From the NCBI RefSeq assembly GCF_964355755.1, contig NC_092675.1, forward strand, positions 27,066,912 to 27,130,911: DNA of 64,000 nucleotides, given 5' to 3'. Shown in pieces: positions 43,301 through 55,100 of the stretch (position 1 is the stretch's first letter; every line of letters starts with the position of its first letter). Both the position numbers and the translations under genes were made by a program. The notes beneath the pieces are model-generated. The model did not search any database. It was not told where the DNA came from and saw nothing but the letters and a program-made list of their open reading frames with translations. The stretch is from Antedon mediterranea (lineage: Eukaryota > Animalia > Echinodermata).

Positions 43301-43778
43301 TCATACACGTTGACCTTTATATTCTTTACATAGGTATACAAATTGTATCGATACACAAACGTAATCATAAAAATGTCAGAAAGAAAATCAACCATTCATT
43401 TTACATTTGAGAATATTAAATGATAGTATGAAGACTTGTTGTTGTCGTACAGAATGTAGACCTATTTACATACATAATACTGTCAATAATGTGCCCTGAT
43501 AGAAAGCTCAATAAACAACGGTGATGTGTTCGTTCCATCGTGTCAACTAGTAGACCTAGACAATACCTATACACATAACTTTTTATTTTTTATTCGAGGG
43601 TTATTCCAAACGAATATTATCTTTTCTAAAATCAACACTATTTCGATCCGCCCATTTGTGTGGGCAAAAGCGTAGCTAATGGCATGATTGATAATACTTA
43701 CGGAGGACATGTTGCACCACTACATCTTGTTAGCATGCATATTACTGAGACACATTTCAGCCATTGTAAGCTATGCAT
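40371..43778 (-). CDS. CTLD-like receptor paralogue F, ITIM/ITSM tail (~381 aa)
   Basis: Exons 43702-43778 (MHSLQWLKCVSVICMLTRCSGATCP), 42682-42779, 41836-42186, 41183-41461, 40371-40711 (ELYQLI x2, TLYHDT/TLYHDI, terminal ISYIEL). Confidence 0.88.
42370..42445. repeat. 18-bp minisatellite (TTTTACGGATTTGACGCA-like) x4
   Basis: Direct tandem units visible in intron 2 of F. Confidence 0.75.
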
Positions 43779-43967
43779 GTTGCTGCTCCCACAACTGTTG
43801 TTATTGATAGAATAACACGGAAATACAACTGTACTTATTATCATAGCACAAACTGAAAGTATTTTCATTTCCTGCGTACGACACTACAACTTTAAACTGA
43901 TACATTTTTTAACAGCCAGTATAACTTATTTTTCTAAAGTCCTTTACGATTTCTTTTTGGTATTTCC

Positions 43968-44380
43968 TTAAGCTTGATTCCCACTAGAGACGCAACGCAA
44001 GGACGTATGCGAAACGCAAGCAAGTTGACCAATGACAACGACAGTTCGAATACTCCATCGGCGGTGATTTGTCAAACCATTTACGTTGCGTTTACGTCCT
44101 TGCGTTGCGCGTCCTAGTAAAAGCTTGGTTCCAACTAGGACGTAACGCAAGAACGTAAACGCAACGCAAGAGTGTTGACCAATGACAAGCGATAGTTCGA
44201 ATACTCCATCGGTGGTGATGTGTCAATCGAAGTTATAGACAGTTAGCAATCACAAGCGAATAAGCCATCGCTTGTGATTGGTCAATTCACTTGCGTTGCG
44301 TTACGTCCTTGCGTTGCGTCGCTAGTGGGAACCACGATTTTAACGTTGCGTTTACGTCCTTGCGTCGCGCGTCCTAGTAA
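43968..44380. mobile_element. Nested or rearranged palindromic MITEs (Harbinger-like TIR AGCTTGGTTCCCACTAG); partial copies ~33399-33475 and ~61120-61250
   Basis: AAGCTTG(A/G)TTCC(C/A)ACTAG...ACGCAACGCAAG starts, inverted ends CTTGCGTTGCGTCGCTAGTGGGAACCA, TTA/TAA context. Confidence 0.6.
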
Positions 44381-45361
44381 ACCAATAAGCATTTATTTCT
44401 AACATTTATGTGTGTTTTCGTACCGTACAAATCCATTGTCTTCTTTAAATCTTAGTTTGAGTTACAAACATTGGTATAAGCCTGTATTCAAATATATTCA
44501 CATTCTATCATTACAAATACCAATATAGCCTATATAATATACATATTAACACAATTTTAATATAATTTTATATTAAAAAATACATATATATAAATCTTTA
44601 TCGTTCTGATTTAGATTTGTGCTTTAAAAAATGTGTATCTCCATTGAGATCCAACCACTACATACCCACAGCATTGTAATTTTTCAGTAATTTGCCTTTG
44701 GAATAACAAGTATAAAATAATATACATGAATTGTTTTTTTTAGTTCCTTTTTTAGATTCTATAATTGCTTTCGTCTTTAAATTATTAAAATCTATATTTT
44801 GAATGTTATAAAGCTCTCATATTCAGTTCTAGCTACAATAATATGATCATGGTGATAATTCTGCTTTGTCAGTATGTTTGTCTGTCGGTTGGTCAGTTGT
44901 CTATTTCTTTATTTTAATGCATTATGAATCGCAAGCAGGCATGTATCGGATTCAATAGTATTTTGTAAGTCGACTGTTATTTTGTTTGATGATTGATCTG
45001 AAAATGCATTTTGTAAAATTATCGGTAACGTTATCGCTTCAAGTTAAACTTTTATTAAAAACAAAACATTAAAAAAAGACATCCTTATTCCTATTGTAAA
45101 TATTGTTAGTTATTATCAGTAGATATCGGTCTACCTAAATATCTAATAATATCAGAAAAAAAAATCTACAATAAATACAAGCAAATTTTTTCGATTACAA
45201 TTTTTGTAATACAGTACAGAGGGAAAATTGTAAATAAAAAAAGCATGTAAAAGAAAAATAAAGCATTATACAACTATGAATTTATTCCAACCATTGATGG
45301 TTTCCTAGCCCTACTACTCCTCATACGATGATAACACATATACGATTCTAAAGTGTAGTTT

Positions 45362-48122
45362 TTAATCAATGACATCCAGGTAGTAACTATTTTGATCAAC
45401 GGGACGTAGCTCCGAGTTTTGGTACAATTGAACGGCGGCAGTGTCGTTGTACAATTGAACAGCGGCAGTATCTGGTTGTGGACATACCTGGTACAATTCG
45501 TTCTGGTATGCGTCTGTCTTTATTGATTTAGGCCTATTGTCAGCCTCAAAATCTACAAAGACAAAATATTAGTAATTATACTACTACCATTATTTACTGG
45601 TAAGTGTTATATTAATACTACTATATTCAGCAACATAACGTACCTCTACCATGCTTTCTTCCTGATGTTTTAAACTTCTTTCGTAGAAAGAGTAAGACAA
45701 CTATAATTACAACAGTAATTATAACAGATGCAGACGAAATTATAATGTAACCCCGTACATCAGTTTGCAACGAATTGGTTGGTGTATCCGTAAATAAATC
45801 AACAACACCAGTAGTGACACCAAGATTGGTTGTTGTAGTTGGTTGTGTTGTTGTTGGTTGTGTTGATGTTGGTGGCTGTGTTGTTGTTGTTGGTGGTGGT
45901 TGTGTTGTTGTTGGTGGTGGTGGTTGTGTTGGTGGTGGTGGTGGTTGTGTTGGTGGTGGTGGTGGTGGTTGTGTTGGTGGTGGTGGTGGTTGCTTTGTTG
46001 CTGGTCGTGGTTTTGGTTCCTTCGGTACCGTCTCCCGGTCTGGCGATGATGGATCTGGAATAAATAAATAAAATATTTAACGCGTAACATATAAAATCAT
46101 CAATGATAAAAGACATTATTATTATTGATCATTCAATAGTTTAATACTTACAATAATCTATCTCAAAATTATTTTATGAAAAAAAATGCAAACAACAATT
46201 GTTTAGTGGGCCTACATACCTTCATGCCCTCCAGGAATACATGGTGCAGCCCTATAAAAACAAAATATAATTAAAATGACAATTTAAAGTGATACATTTA
46301 AATATGCATAACAAGGTGGTGGTATTTGTTGAGTTGTTTAATATTGTGTTATGTGGTCAAAAGACATATTTGTGTAACCACCATGGCATAATAACGTATT
46401 TACCAATCAATATATGCTTCGGTTTCTGATAGGCTGGTCCTCAATATCATCCGATTTGTTTTAAAATCATTCTATTGGACAATACGTTTGTCAGATTAGT
46501 TTCGATTTTAGCAAGCGATTTCTAGAAATATATACGTTGTGGCTTATTCTGTTCGTTGGTTGGTTGGCTATCAATCAGTCCTCAGTCCCAAAAATCCTGT
46601 TTTTTAATTTGTTGTCGATCCTTCATGGAAAACTGAAATTATTTAGAAGCTGTGGAATAACTGCCTGCTATTTTTATAAAGGCAGAAATAGCAAATTCGA
46701 TCAATTATTATACTGTATTTTGAAATTGTAAAAGCAACAATTAATCATTAGGCCTATATGTAATTTTTTTTTTTATATTTAAAATATTGTTAATTTTTTG
46801 TCTGTCAAATATCTATTGAACCCCGTTGAAAACAAGCTGATTTATTTCTATTAGGTGAAATTATTTTGTTTTAAGTAAGATGCTTTGTTTTGATTTGATT
46901 GTTACTCGTGGTACCCGAGTCTAGGACTCTCTCATCTTCTCCTCCACCTGGACACTATTGAGCCAACTTTTCAAGTCCTACTAGTTCTTTACGCGTCGTC
47001 TGACGGCTCTGAAACATGGCATGCATATAGGGCCTACTAGGGTAATAGATGAACAAAGCTAAAGAGAGAAAATGTTCGTACTTCAACCGGATGCAGAATT
47101 ATGACTTCATAAACATGGTACCAATCGAAAAAAAGTGCGATTTATAAAGGACTACTCCTCCCTTATTCGTTGTAGTATTAAGCTGGCATGAATATAGGCC
47201 CACTACAGGGCCATGTCCTCAAACCTATAGAGCCGGATTTTTAAATTTCAAACCGGATGCAGCCATATGACGTCTCGAAGATGGTACCTTGGTACCAAAC
47301 GATTTTCGTCGTAATATAGCCGTTTGGTGTCATTTCAAATGTATTGACTTGAAGAATAAGAATATATACAGTAAAGCCTATTTATGATATTGTGACGTCA
47401 CTTCTGCTCCCGGAAATAGCAAAACAAAAACGTATTTTGGTAGCGAGGTTGTTGATGTGTATGTGACGTTACATCCGGTCTTATGACGTCATTACAACTT
47501 CTTTTGCTGTACCCCGAGTATCGCACATTCGTGTTTTTATTTTCCAATGGCCTCTTCCTATATTTTTATTATTCAATTAAGCTCAATAGAGGTAGGCTTT
47601 TTATTATTATTCAGTTATTGTTTCCTTCTCTCTAGACTACAGGAAAAAATACTAAATGGAATAAGTGCATGCATAATTTGGGCTTTAGCCTTCTTACTCT
47701 CTGATTATTGCTCATTGGAAAGTAAGTCTATTATGATTAATAACCATAAATACGTCTTCTTATTTATTATTGCACTGATCATTCTGTCTATTATTAATTG
47801 TTTGTCAAAATGGACTCAAGTCTTCATAACACTAAATAAAAACTGAATAAAAATGTTACTTAACAAAACATATACAGTACACAATCTATATGCTGTGAAC
47901 GAGGCAGTAATTCATTTCATAATGGAATTACATAAAAGTCTCAGATTAAATTTATTTGATACTGAGACAATAACAGAAATAATACAACAACAAATGATTT
48001 TATTTTAAATGTAGTTGTACTTACCCTAAGCATGGTGGTCTCTGTGTCCTAATTAACGCAAATTGGCAAACAATGATTAGGAAAAATAAAATCAACCGAG
48101 GTACAATTGTTAAGAATTTCAT
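45362..48122 (-). CDS. Paralogue G: CTLD-less membrane protein with Pro/Thr-rich (TQPPPP)n ectodomain and ITIM tail (~243 aa)
   Basis: Exons 48025-48122 (MKFLTIVPRLILFFLIIVCQFALIRTQRPPCL), 46220-46251 (32-bp micro-exon AAPCIPGGHE), 45644-46054 (TKQPPPPTQPPPPP..., TM IIISSASVIITVVIIVVLLFL, RKKFKTSGR), 45362-45552 (ELYQV, QLYND, QLYQN, SYYLDV). Phases 2,1,1; frame is open. Confidence 0.8.
45830..46000. repeat. Coding (CCA/ACA)n low-complexity repeat encoding the Pro/Thr stalk of G
   Basis: GGT/TGT triplet runs on the + strand read as CCA/ACA codons on the - strand. Confidence 0.85.
46899..47540 (+). mobile_element. Probable HINE-type non-autonomous element in intron 1 of G
   Basis: 5' TACTCGTGGTAC(CCGAGT) and inverted 3' GTACCCCGAGTA (11/12 match), followed by a weak hairpin and T-run; internal ~150 bp repeat (AACCGGATGCAG...ATGGTACC twice). 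Confidence 0.5.
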
Positions 48123-49092
48123 TGCAGCAACTACAAGAAATCACAAGCTGATCACAATGTCAGCCCACAGAATCTGTTAGCTACCTTGTTTGGCTCCATC
48201 AGTCTGATTTGCATAATATCAAAAGGAAAATGTTTCCTTCTTCCGCAAAATTATCTAAAATATTATATTTTTTCACGAACAATTGAATTTACAGGAAACA
48301 GCTTTACGTTAATTTTCTGCATTGTGTTTTGTATAAATGGAAATTAATTTAAAAAAAAGTTCAATCAGAATTTCTTTAAAGAATCACAGTATTTACGGTA
48401 TTTGACAGTTTTTTACCTTGGACCATGGTATTAAGTCGGACCTAAATAATGTTTTTAAAAACACCTAATAATTAAGAAAATAACACTATTGTATGGCCTA
48501 CAATGTATCATAAAAATACATTTATGTAAAAATGTGTATTCTTTCACATCAATATGCATATAACACACAACAAGTTTATGTGACATAATTTCAAAGTACA
48601 GCGCTTTTGATAATGGTTTCATAGAGCGCTGTATCAAATGTGTAATGTAATTGTAATTTGTAACACACAATTGTATTTAACCTAAAACCAAATTAGAAGT
48701 ACTTAATGATATAGGATGGTGCAATATGTTGTTTCTTGATACTGTTTTTATTTTATAACTTAATTATATAAGTGATCTACGTAAACACCTTATATGGGCG
48801 ATTTCCGTTCAATGTTCTACATTGTTAAAAAATAGTTAATAATATTATTTGTAAGAATAAAATATGTTCATTGACTAATGATTATATCAAGTTATTCGAA
48901 TTCTGATACAGCATATAGAAGTATGGCGTTAATGATCTAAATCGGAAATAATTTATATGAAAAGAGATTAATGTTAAAAGGAGATTTATGTTTAGATTAC
49001 ATGAATTGATTTTAGGACCATTGGTAATATTTGTTAAATGTTCACACACAGTGTCACAATCTTTGCGATATTTAAAATCGTTAGTTCTTCCT

Positions 49093-50048
49093 TAGTCTGG
49101 GATCCAGACGGAGTTTTTTCTTAATATTAGTAAAAATATAAATATTTTTGCACATATGGCGTTTCATACGTGTATTACTTGAGTTTGGATACTCCGTCTG
49201 GGGAAACACGCAAAAGTCACGTGGTTTGACACCAAGAATTCTTGGTGCATAGATTATCCGGTTGACTAGTTTCAGCTGCATGCGATTGGCTACTCACTCG
49301 TACACTGTTTTAATATTCATGTTTCAGAATTTCAAAGACTCAACAACTAAGAAGGTACGCATGCGCTATGTTACGTTTAGACAATGTGTACTTGGGTACA
49401 TTAATGAAAGTTTCTGAAGGCTAGAAATGATTTTATAACATTTGATGGGATTTTTCCCAAGAAAACTCGTCTTGCTTCTCCGCAAATCAAACATTGAATG
49501 GATCATTTAATATTACGCGGAGATAATTTGATTTAATTCCCACCCAGACCCTGTCCTGTTCTGTGTAGTGGTGTACAACTCCCTGGACTGGTGTAGCCCT
49601 GTCTGTTGTGTGTGAATCCTGTTGTGTGCCGGTGGTGGTATGTAGGCCTACCTTATTGGTGTTTTATTTGGCAGGTCATACGTGCGAGTTGAGTAGGACC
49701 TACGAAGGAGGCCTAGGCTAAGGACTAAACAATTTATAAACAAAACAACTTGGCAACACGATTTCATATTTCAACAGTCTCGATCGTACATTCAGCACTG
49801 TACGTACTCGATCTTTTTCATTTTGAAACAAAATGATCATTGGTTGATTTGAAATCCATATTTACATACCGCCCGCCCCATATAGCCAAATGCGGTATGA
49901 TAACCTACGTCATTCTTATTGGATGTTTGCGGTCTGCAAATCGATTTCTATACGTGTTTCACAAGTCTGTATTTTCAGACAAAAATCGCGGTCGAAATAA
50001 AAACAAATAAATAAAAATAAAAAACAATACAGACTTGGAGCAAGTCTA
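49093..50048. mobile_element. Non-autonomous AcademH-like DNA transposon
   Basis: TAG...CTA termini flanked by an exact 9-bp duplication GTTCTTCCT (49084-49092, 50049-50057); each end has its own internal inverted repeat (CAGACGGAGT/ACTCCGTCTG; CAAGTCTGTATT/AATACAGACTTG). Confidence 0.65.
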
Positions 50049-50145
50049 GTTCTTCCTGTGTAAAAAGAAATTAAAAACATTCCAATATAGTGTTCCAGTT
50101 ATTTTTGTGTATTTCATTGAAACAGGAATTTAATCGGTTACCACC

Positions 50146-50284
50146 TTTTTAGTCGCGTGCAATGCGACTCTACAGCTGACTATGTCGGTCGGTCGGTCAG
50201 TCGGTCGGTCGGTTTGTCAGGTTTGTCGGTAAACACTAACTCAAATTTTAGCACGCGACTGAAGCCAACTATAATGGCCTTGTT
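50146..50284 (+). mobile_element. Miniature HINE/DINE-1-like element (~140 bp)
   Basis: TTTTT-AGTCGCGTGC subTIR with 5' IR, (GTCG)n microsatellite, inverted GCACGCGACT, GCCA..TGGC hairpin, CTTGTT end. Confidence 0.7.
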
Positions 50285-51484
50285 AAGGAAGCCTAGCACT
50301 TTTTACTTTCTTGTGACCACGTGTCTTTCGCTTTACCCTTTTTGTTTAGAAGTTATATTAAACGAGGTATCAAAAACTAAAAAGTACAATTTTTGTTAAA
50401 TCACAATTTATTTAACATCGTTAATTATTATGGTATCTTTCTTATAATCTGAATTGTGTACAATAGGCTTAGCATTACACTCATAATACAGTTGTTATTT
50501 TTCTTTCAAATTTATTTAACCAAAAACTCCATAATAACATATTTATTTTTAAAATACATCATTTTTAGTTTGTGTTTTCAGAAAGGCTATTTTACTTATA
50601 TGCGTAATATTTTAGAAATAGAAGCCAGCGATTTAAGCAGTAATAATTAAAATGTATCTATATTATTAATTGTAAAACAAGAATTTTACTAAAATAATAT
50701 ATATATATAATATATACAGTATCATAATCCTTTTTTTCAATTTAAACTTTTTGAAAACAAAATTTAGCTACATTAAAAACAGCATCACATTTATATTAAG
50801 CTTAGTAACAAATAATTCACAAAAAGAGATGCTATCCTATTTCACATGATTAGATCAGAAAGAGCATATAAAAAGAAATTCGATCGTTTCGATTTTTTTT
50901 GTCGCCTTCAGAAAAAATCCTATAGCGTCAAGACTACTCATGAAAAATGGCGGTAAAATACATGATTAAAATCTTTCTTGTTAAACTATCTTATTTTTGT
51001 TCTTATTTGTGTTCGAGTAGAGAGGCTATAAACTCAGGGGAGGAAATATCCTCCAATTTCACCAAGAAAAAAAGGATGAAATGAAAAAGATGAATGCGAA
51101 GTTTGAAATTTAGATATTTAGAATGATAGCAAGAAATGATATATTTAATGAAAACCGTAAGGTTAGAGTCCATACACTGTGCAAGTCCAAGATGCGATTT
51201 TGGGCTCTGTCCGTATGTGAGACGCTTCATACCTGATGTTATCGTAGTACAACTACTACTTACAATTTGTATTTATAGTATAAAATATTGCAAATATAGA
51301 AAAATATATTGAACAAATACAAATACATACAGATTACATTGAAATATTTACGATATAAAATATTGAAAATATAGAAAAATATATATATTGAACAAATAAC
51401 AATACAGATTATATTGGCATTCCATCAATTATATTGCATCACCAAACACATTAAATGATTCATGAAGCGGGATCTCATATACAC

Positions 51485-51932
51485 TGTCACGAACTCCTCT
51501 TACGTATGTTTCCGAGCGGTTGAAAATACTTTAGGAACTCCCTTGTGACATAAAAGTATACACACAAAATCCACAAAGTTGTAAAATAACTCAAAAACAA
51601 AGCTTTAATTTCAATCAACTTCAACTTTTAACAATCCAGTAAGCACTTTAAACAACAGCTTCACAATGACTTTACAATATAACATCCAACCTCTAATCCA
51701 ACAACCTTACAATAGTTTACATCCCTTTATATACAAGATGCTCCCATCCTTCTAGATCATTCTTTATACTTCTCATTATTACATGATTACAGTTTCTATT
51801 AATAGCACTTCTGGAATGTTCTTGATTGTTCTTATTAATTATACATGGTTTATTAAATCAAAACATCTTATTCTAGAATGTTCATGTAAATACTATGTTA
51901 CTCTATATGTTAGGGAATGGTAATTTATTACA
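51485..51932 (-). repeat. 3' LTR
   Basis: Direct repeat of 57066-57513; adjacent to the polypurine tract. Confidence 0.97.
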
Positions 51933-52159
51933 CTCCCCCCTCTTTCTGAGCTCAAAACTCTTTCTTGGAGTTTTGAGGGGCAAGTATACACGGACGTGGC
52001 AAAATATAACATTTTCGTCCTATAAACCTGTTTAATATATGTATATAAATTCAAACTACATTACGTGAAAACCAAATTCTCATTACAAACAAAATGTAAG
52101 AAACAAGTAACTTATAAACATTAAAACCTATTTTGTCTATTTGTAAAGTAACCCTTGCT

Positions 52160-55100
52160 TTAAGTTAATGGTTTTCGTGACAATCCGTCAGCATTACCAT
52201 TAGAAATACCCCTTCTATGTACAACAGTAAAGCAATAAGGTTGTAAATCAAGACTCCATCTAGTTAGTCTTTTGTTTGTCTCTTTCATTTCAACCAACCA
52301 TTTGAGTGGTTGATGGTCAGTAACTATCTTAAATTTTCTGCCTAGTAGATAATATCGCAGACTTTCGACAGCCCATTTTATAGCTAAACACTCTTTCTCT
52401 ATAGTTGCATAATTCTGTTCTCTTGGGAACATCTTACGACTAAGATACAATACTGGATGGTCAGTACCATCAGGACCTAGTTGACTAAGTACTGCACCTA
52501 ACCCTCGATCTGACGCATCTGTTTGCAGTATAAACTCTGCATTAAAATCTGGGTTTCGTAACACAGGGTCTGAACATAACGCCTGTTTTAACTTTACAAG
52601 TGCATCTTCGCACTCAGGCGTCCATTTGATTTTATCTGGATGTTTTTTCCCCGTCAGATCAGTTAGAGGTGCTGCAATGTCAGCATAATTAGGAATAAAC
52701 TTTCGGTAGTATCCTGTCAGGCCAAGAAAAGATTTAACATCCTTCTTAGTTTTAGGGTTTTCCCATTGTACTACCGCTTCTACCTTAGTCTTTTGAGGAC
52801 GTATCATTCCCTCTCCAACTACATACCCTAAATAATGCACTTTACTATGTGCGAAACTACATTTTGCAGGTTTGACTGTCAGATTAGCTTGCTTGAGGGT
52901 CTGAAAAATGTCCCTAAGATGATGGATATGGCTTTCCCAGTCTGGACTAAATATTACCAGATCATCCATATAAGCTGCTGCATAAGATTCTTTCTTGCGC
53001 AACAGTTGATCCATCATTCTTTGAAACGTTGCAGGAGCCCCATGCAAGCCAAATGGTAAATACTTAAATTGGTACAAACCCATTGGTGTTGAAAAAGCTG
53101 TATATGGTTTTGACCGTTCAGTTAATGGAACCTGCCAGTAACCTTTACATAAATCTAACTTCGTTATAAATTTAGCAGGACCAACCCTGCCTATTATTTC
53201 ATCTATTCGAGGCATTGGATATGCATCAAACTTGCTCAAGCTATTCACTTTTTTGTAATTTACGCAAAAGCGAGCTGTACCGTCCGGCTTTGGTACCATG
53301 ATATAAGGAGAGGACCAGGGACTGTGAGACTCTTCTATTACCCCAAGTTCCAACATAGATTCTATCTCTTCTTTTACTTTGCCTAACTTAGCCTGAGGAA
53401 TTGGATAAGCTCTTAATCTAACTGGGTGTACCCCTAGGTTCATTTCAATATCATGCTTTATTACAGTAGTTTTCCCTGGCTTGTCCTGTAACACTGAGTC
53501 AAATTCAGAAAACACCTCCGCTAAATCTGAAAGCTGAGATTCATCTAGTCCTTCACCAGAATCTAAGGTTAAATTGGAACTAGAAATATTTGACCAAGAA
53601 ATGTCCTTATCCTGACCCTCGTCTTGTCCAGTTACATCATTTATAGCCAGCATAACCTCAATAGTTCTACGATGAAATTGTTTTAAAAGATTTATGTGGT
53701 AGACTTTTGACTTTTTCCGTTTATCATTAGTTTCCACCTCATAGTTTACTGGACCTAGTTTCCTTAAAACCTTGTAAGGACCTTGCCATTTTGCCTCTAA
53801 TGCATCGTTACTAGATGGTAAGAGTAATAGGACTTCATCACCTGGACTAAATTCTCTACAAACAGATTTCTGATCATATTTTTGTTTTTGCCTTGTTTGG
53901 GATAGTTCAATGTTTTCCTGGACTAGATCTTTCATTGAAGTTAATCTATCTCTCATTTTAACAACGTGTGAAACCACACTTTGAGGACCTGTCACCGTGC
54001 CTGTCCACATTTCTTTCATTATATCAAGTGGACCTCGTACCTTCCAACCATACAATAATTCAAATGGAGAGAACCCAGTTGACTCCTGCGGTACCTCCCT
54101 ATAAGCAAATAATAGGTACGGAAGCAATTTATCCCATTCTCGGGGATCATCCTGAACAAATTTTCTAATCATAGCCTTGAGGGTGCCATTAAATCTTTCC
54201 ACTAATCCATCGGTTTGTGGATGGTAGGGAGAAGTAGTCAAGCCCTTAATTGAAAGTAACTTATAAATTTGACTCAACAACTTAGAGGTAAAGTTAGAGC
54301 CTTGATCGGTTAAAATTTCTGTTGGTACCCCTACCCTGGAAAATAATTTAATCAACTCATCCGCTATCTTTGGAGCTTCAATACTTCTCAGTGGGATAGC
54401 CTCCGGATATCGAGTTGCATAATCACATATAACCAAGACATATTTATTTCCTGTCTTACTCCGTGCTAGTGGACCAACAATGTCCATAGCGATTCGGCGG
54501 AATGGTTCACTGATTATTGGCATAGGAATCATCGGGGCCTTCAATTTAGTTTTATACTTTGAAGTTTTCTGACAATTTTCACAAGTGTTGCAATATTCGG
54601 TCACATCCTTTCTAATACCAGGCCAAAAGAATCTCTGCTTTATCCTATCTAATGTCTTTTTCCTACCTAAATGACCTGCCAAAGGAATATCATGTGAGAC
54701 TTTCAATACACTATTACGGCAAGGGTATGGAACTACTAATTGCTCTATTGGTTCTGTCTGGTGTTTAGTGAAAACCTGCCTAAATAAAATTCCATCCTTA
54801 CAGACTATCTTTATAGTGTCATCATCCTTCTGTACTAACATCTGTTCTCGAAGTGAAATTAAAGTTCTATCCTTAACCTGATAATCCTTAATTTTATCTC
54901 TGCCAATATCTAAAATGTCTAATTCACTATCTTGGCTAGATTGAGCTTCCTTTGTTTTTGCAAACTCTTTCCTAACTTTTCGTTTCTCACTTCTGGTTTT
55001 ATGAACTTTTTCCTTGGGAGGGTTGTTACTGAGTAGTTGGCCATCTAAATGTCCAAATTCTTCTTGAAAATTAATCACATCATCTAACTGATGTGAAATA

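Noticed and set aside
4221-46054. A single giant multi-CTLD gene, or Dscam-like mutually exclusive exon array
   Set aside because: Each unit has its own ATG/signal exon, and B-G each have their own stop-containing last exon, so these are separate genes; intergenic splicing is phase-compatible but nothing here supports it.
45740-46116. ORF-track His/Gln-rich, Gly/Val/Cys-rich, Thr/Asn-rich and poly-Val proteins
   Set aside because: These are alternative frames of one triplet repeat; splice phase selects the Pro/Thr frame that runs into the TM of G.
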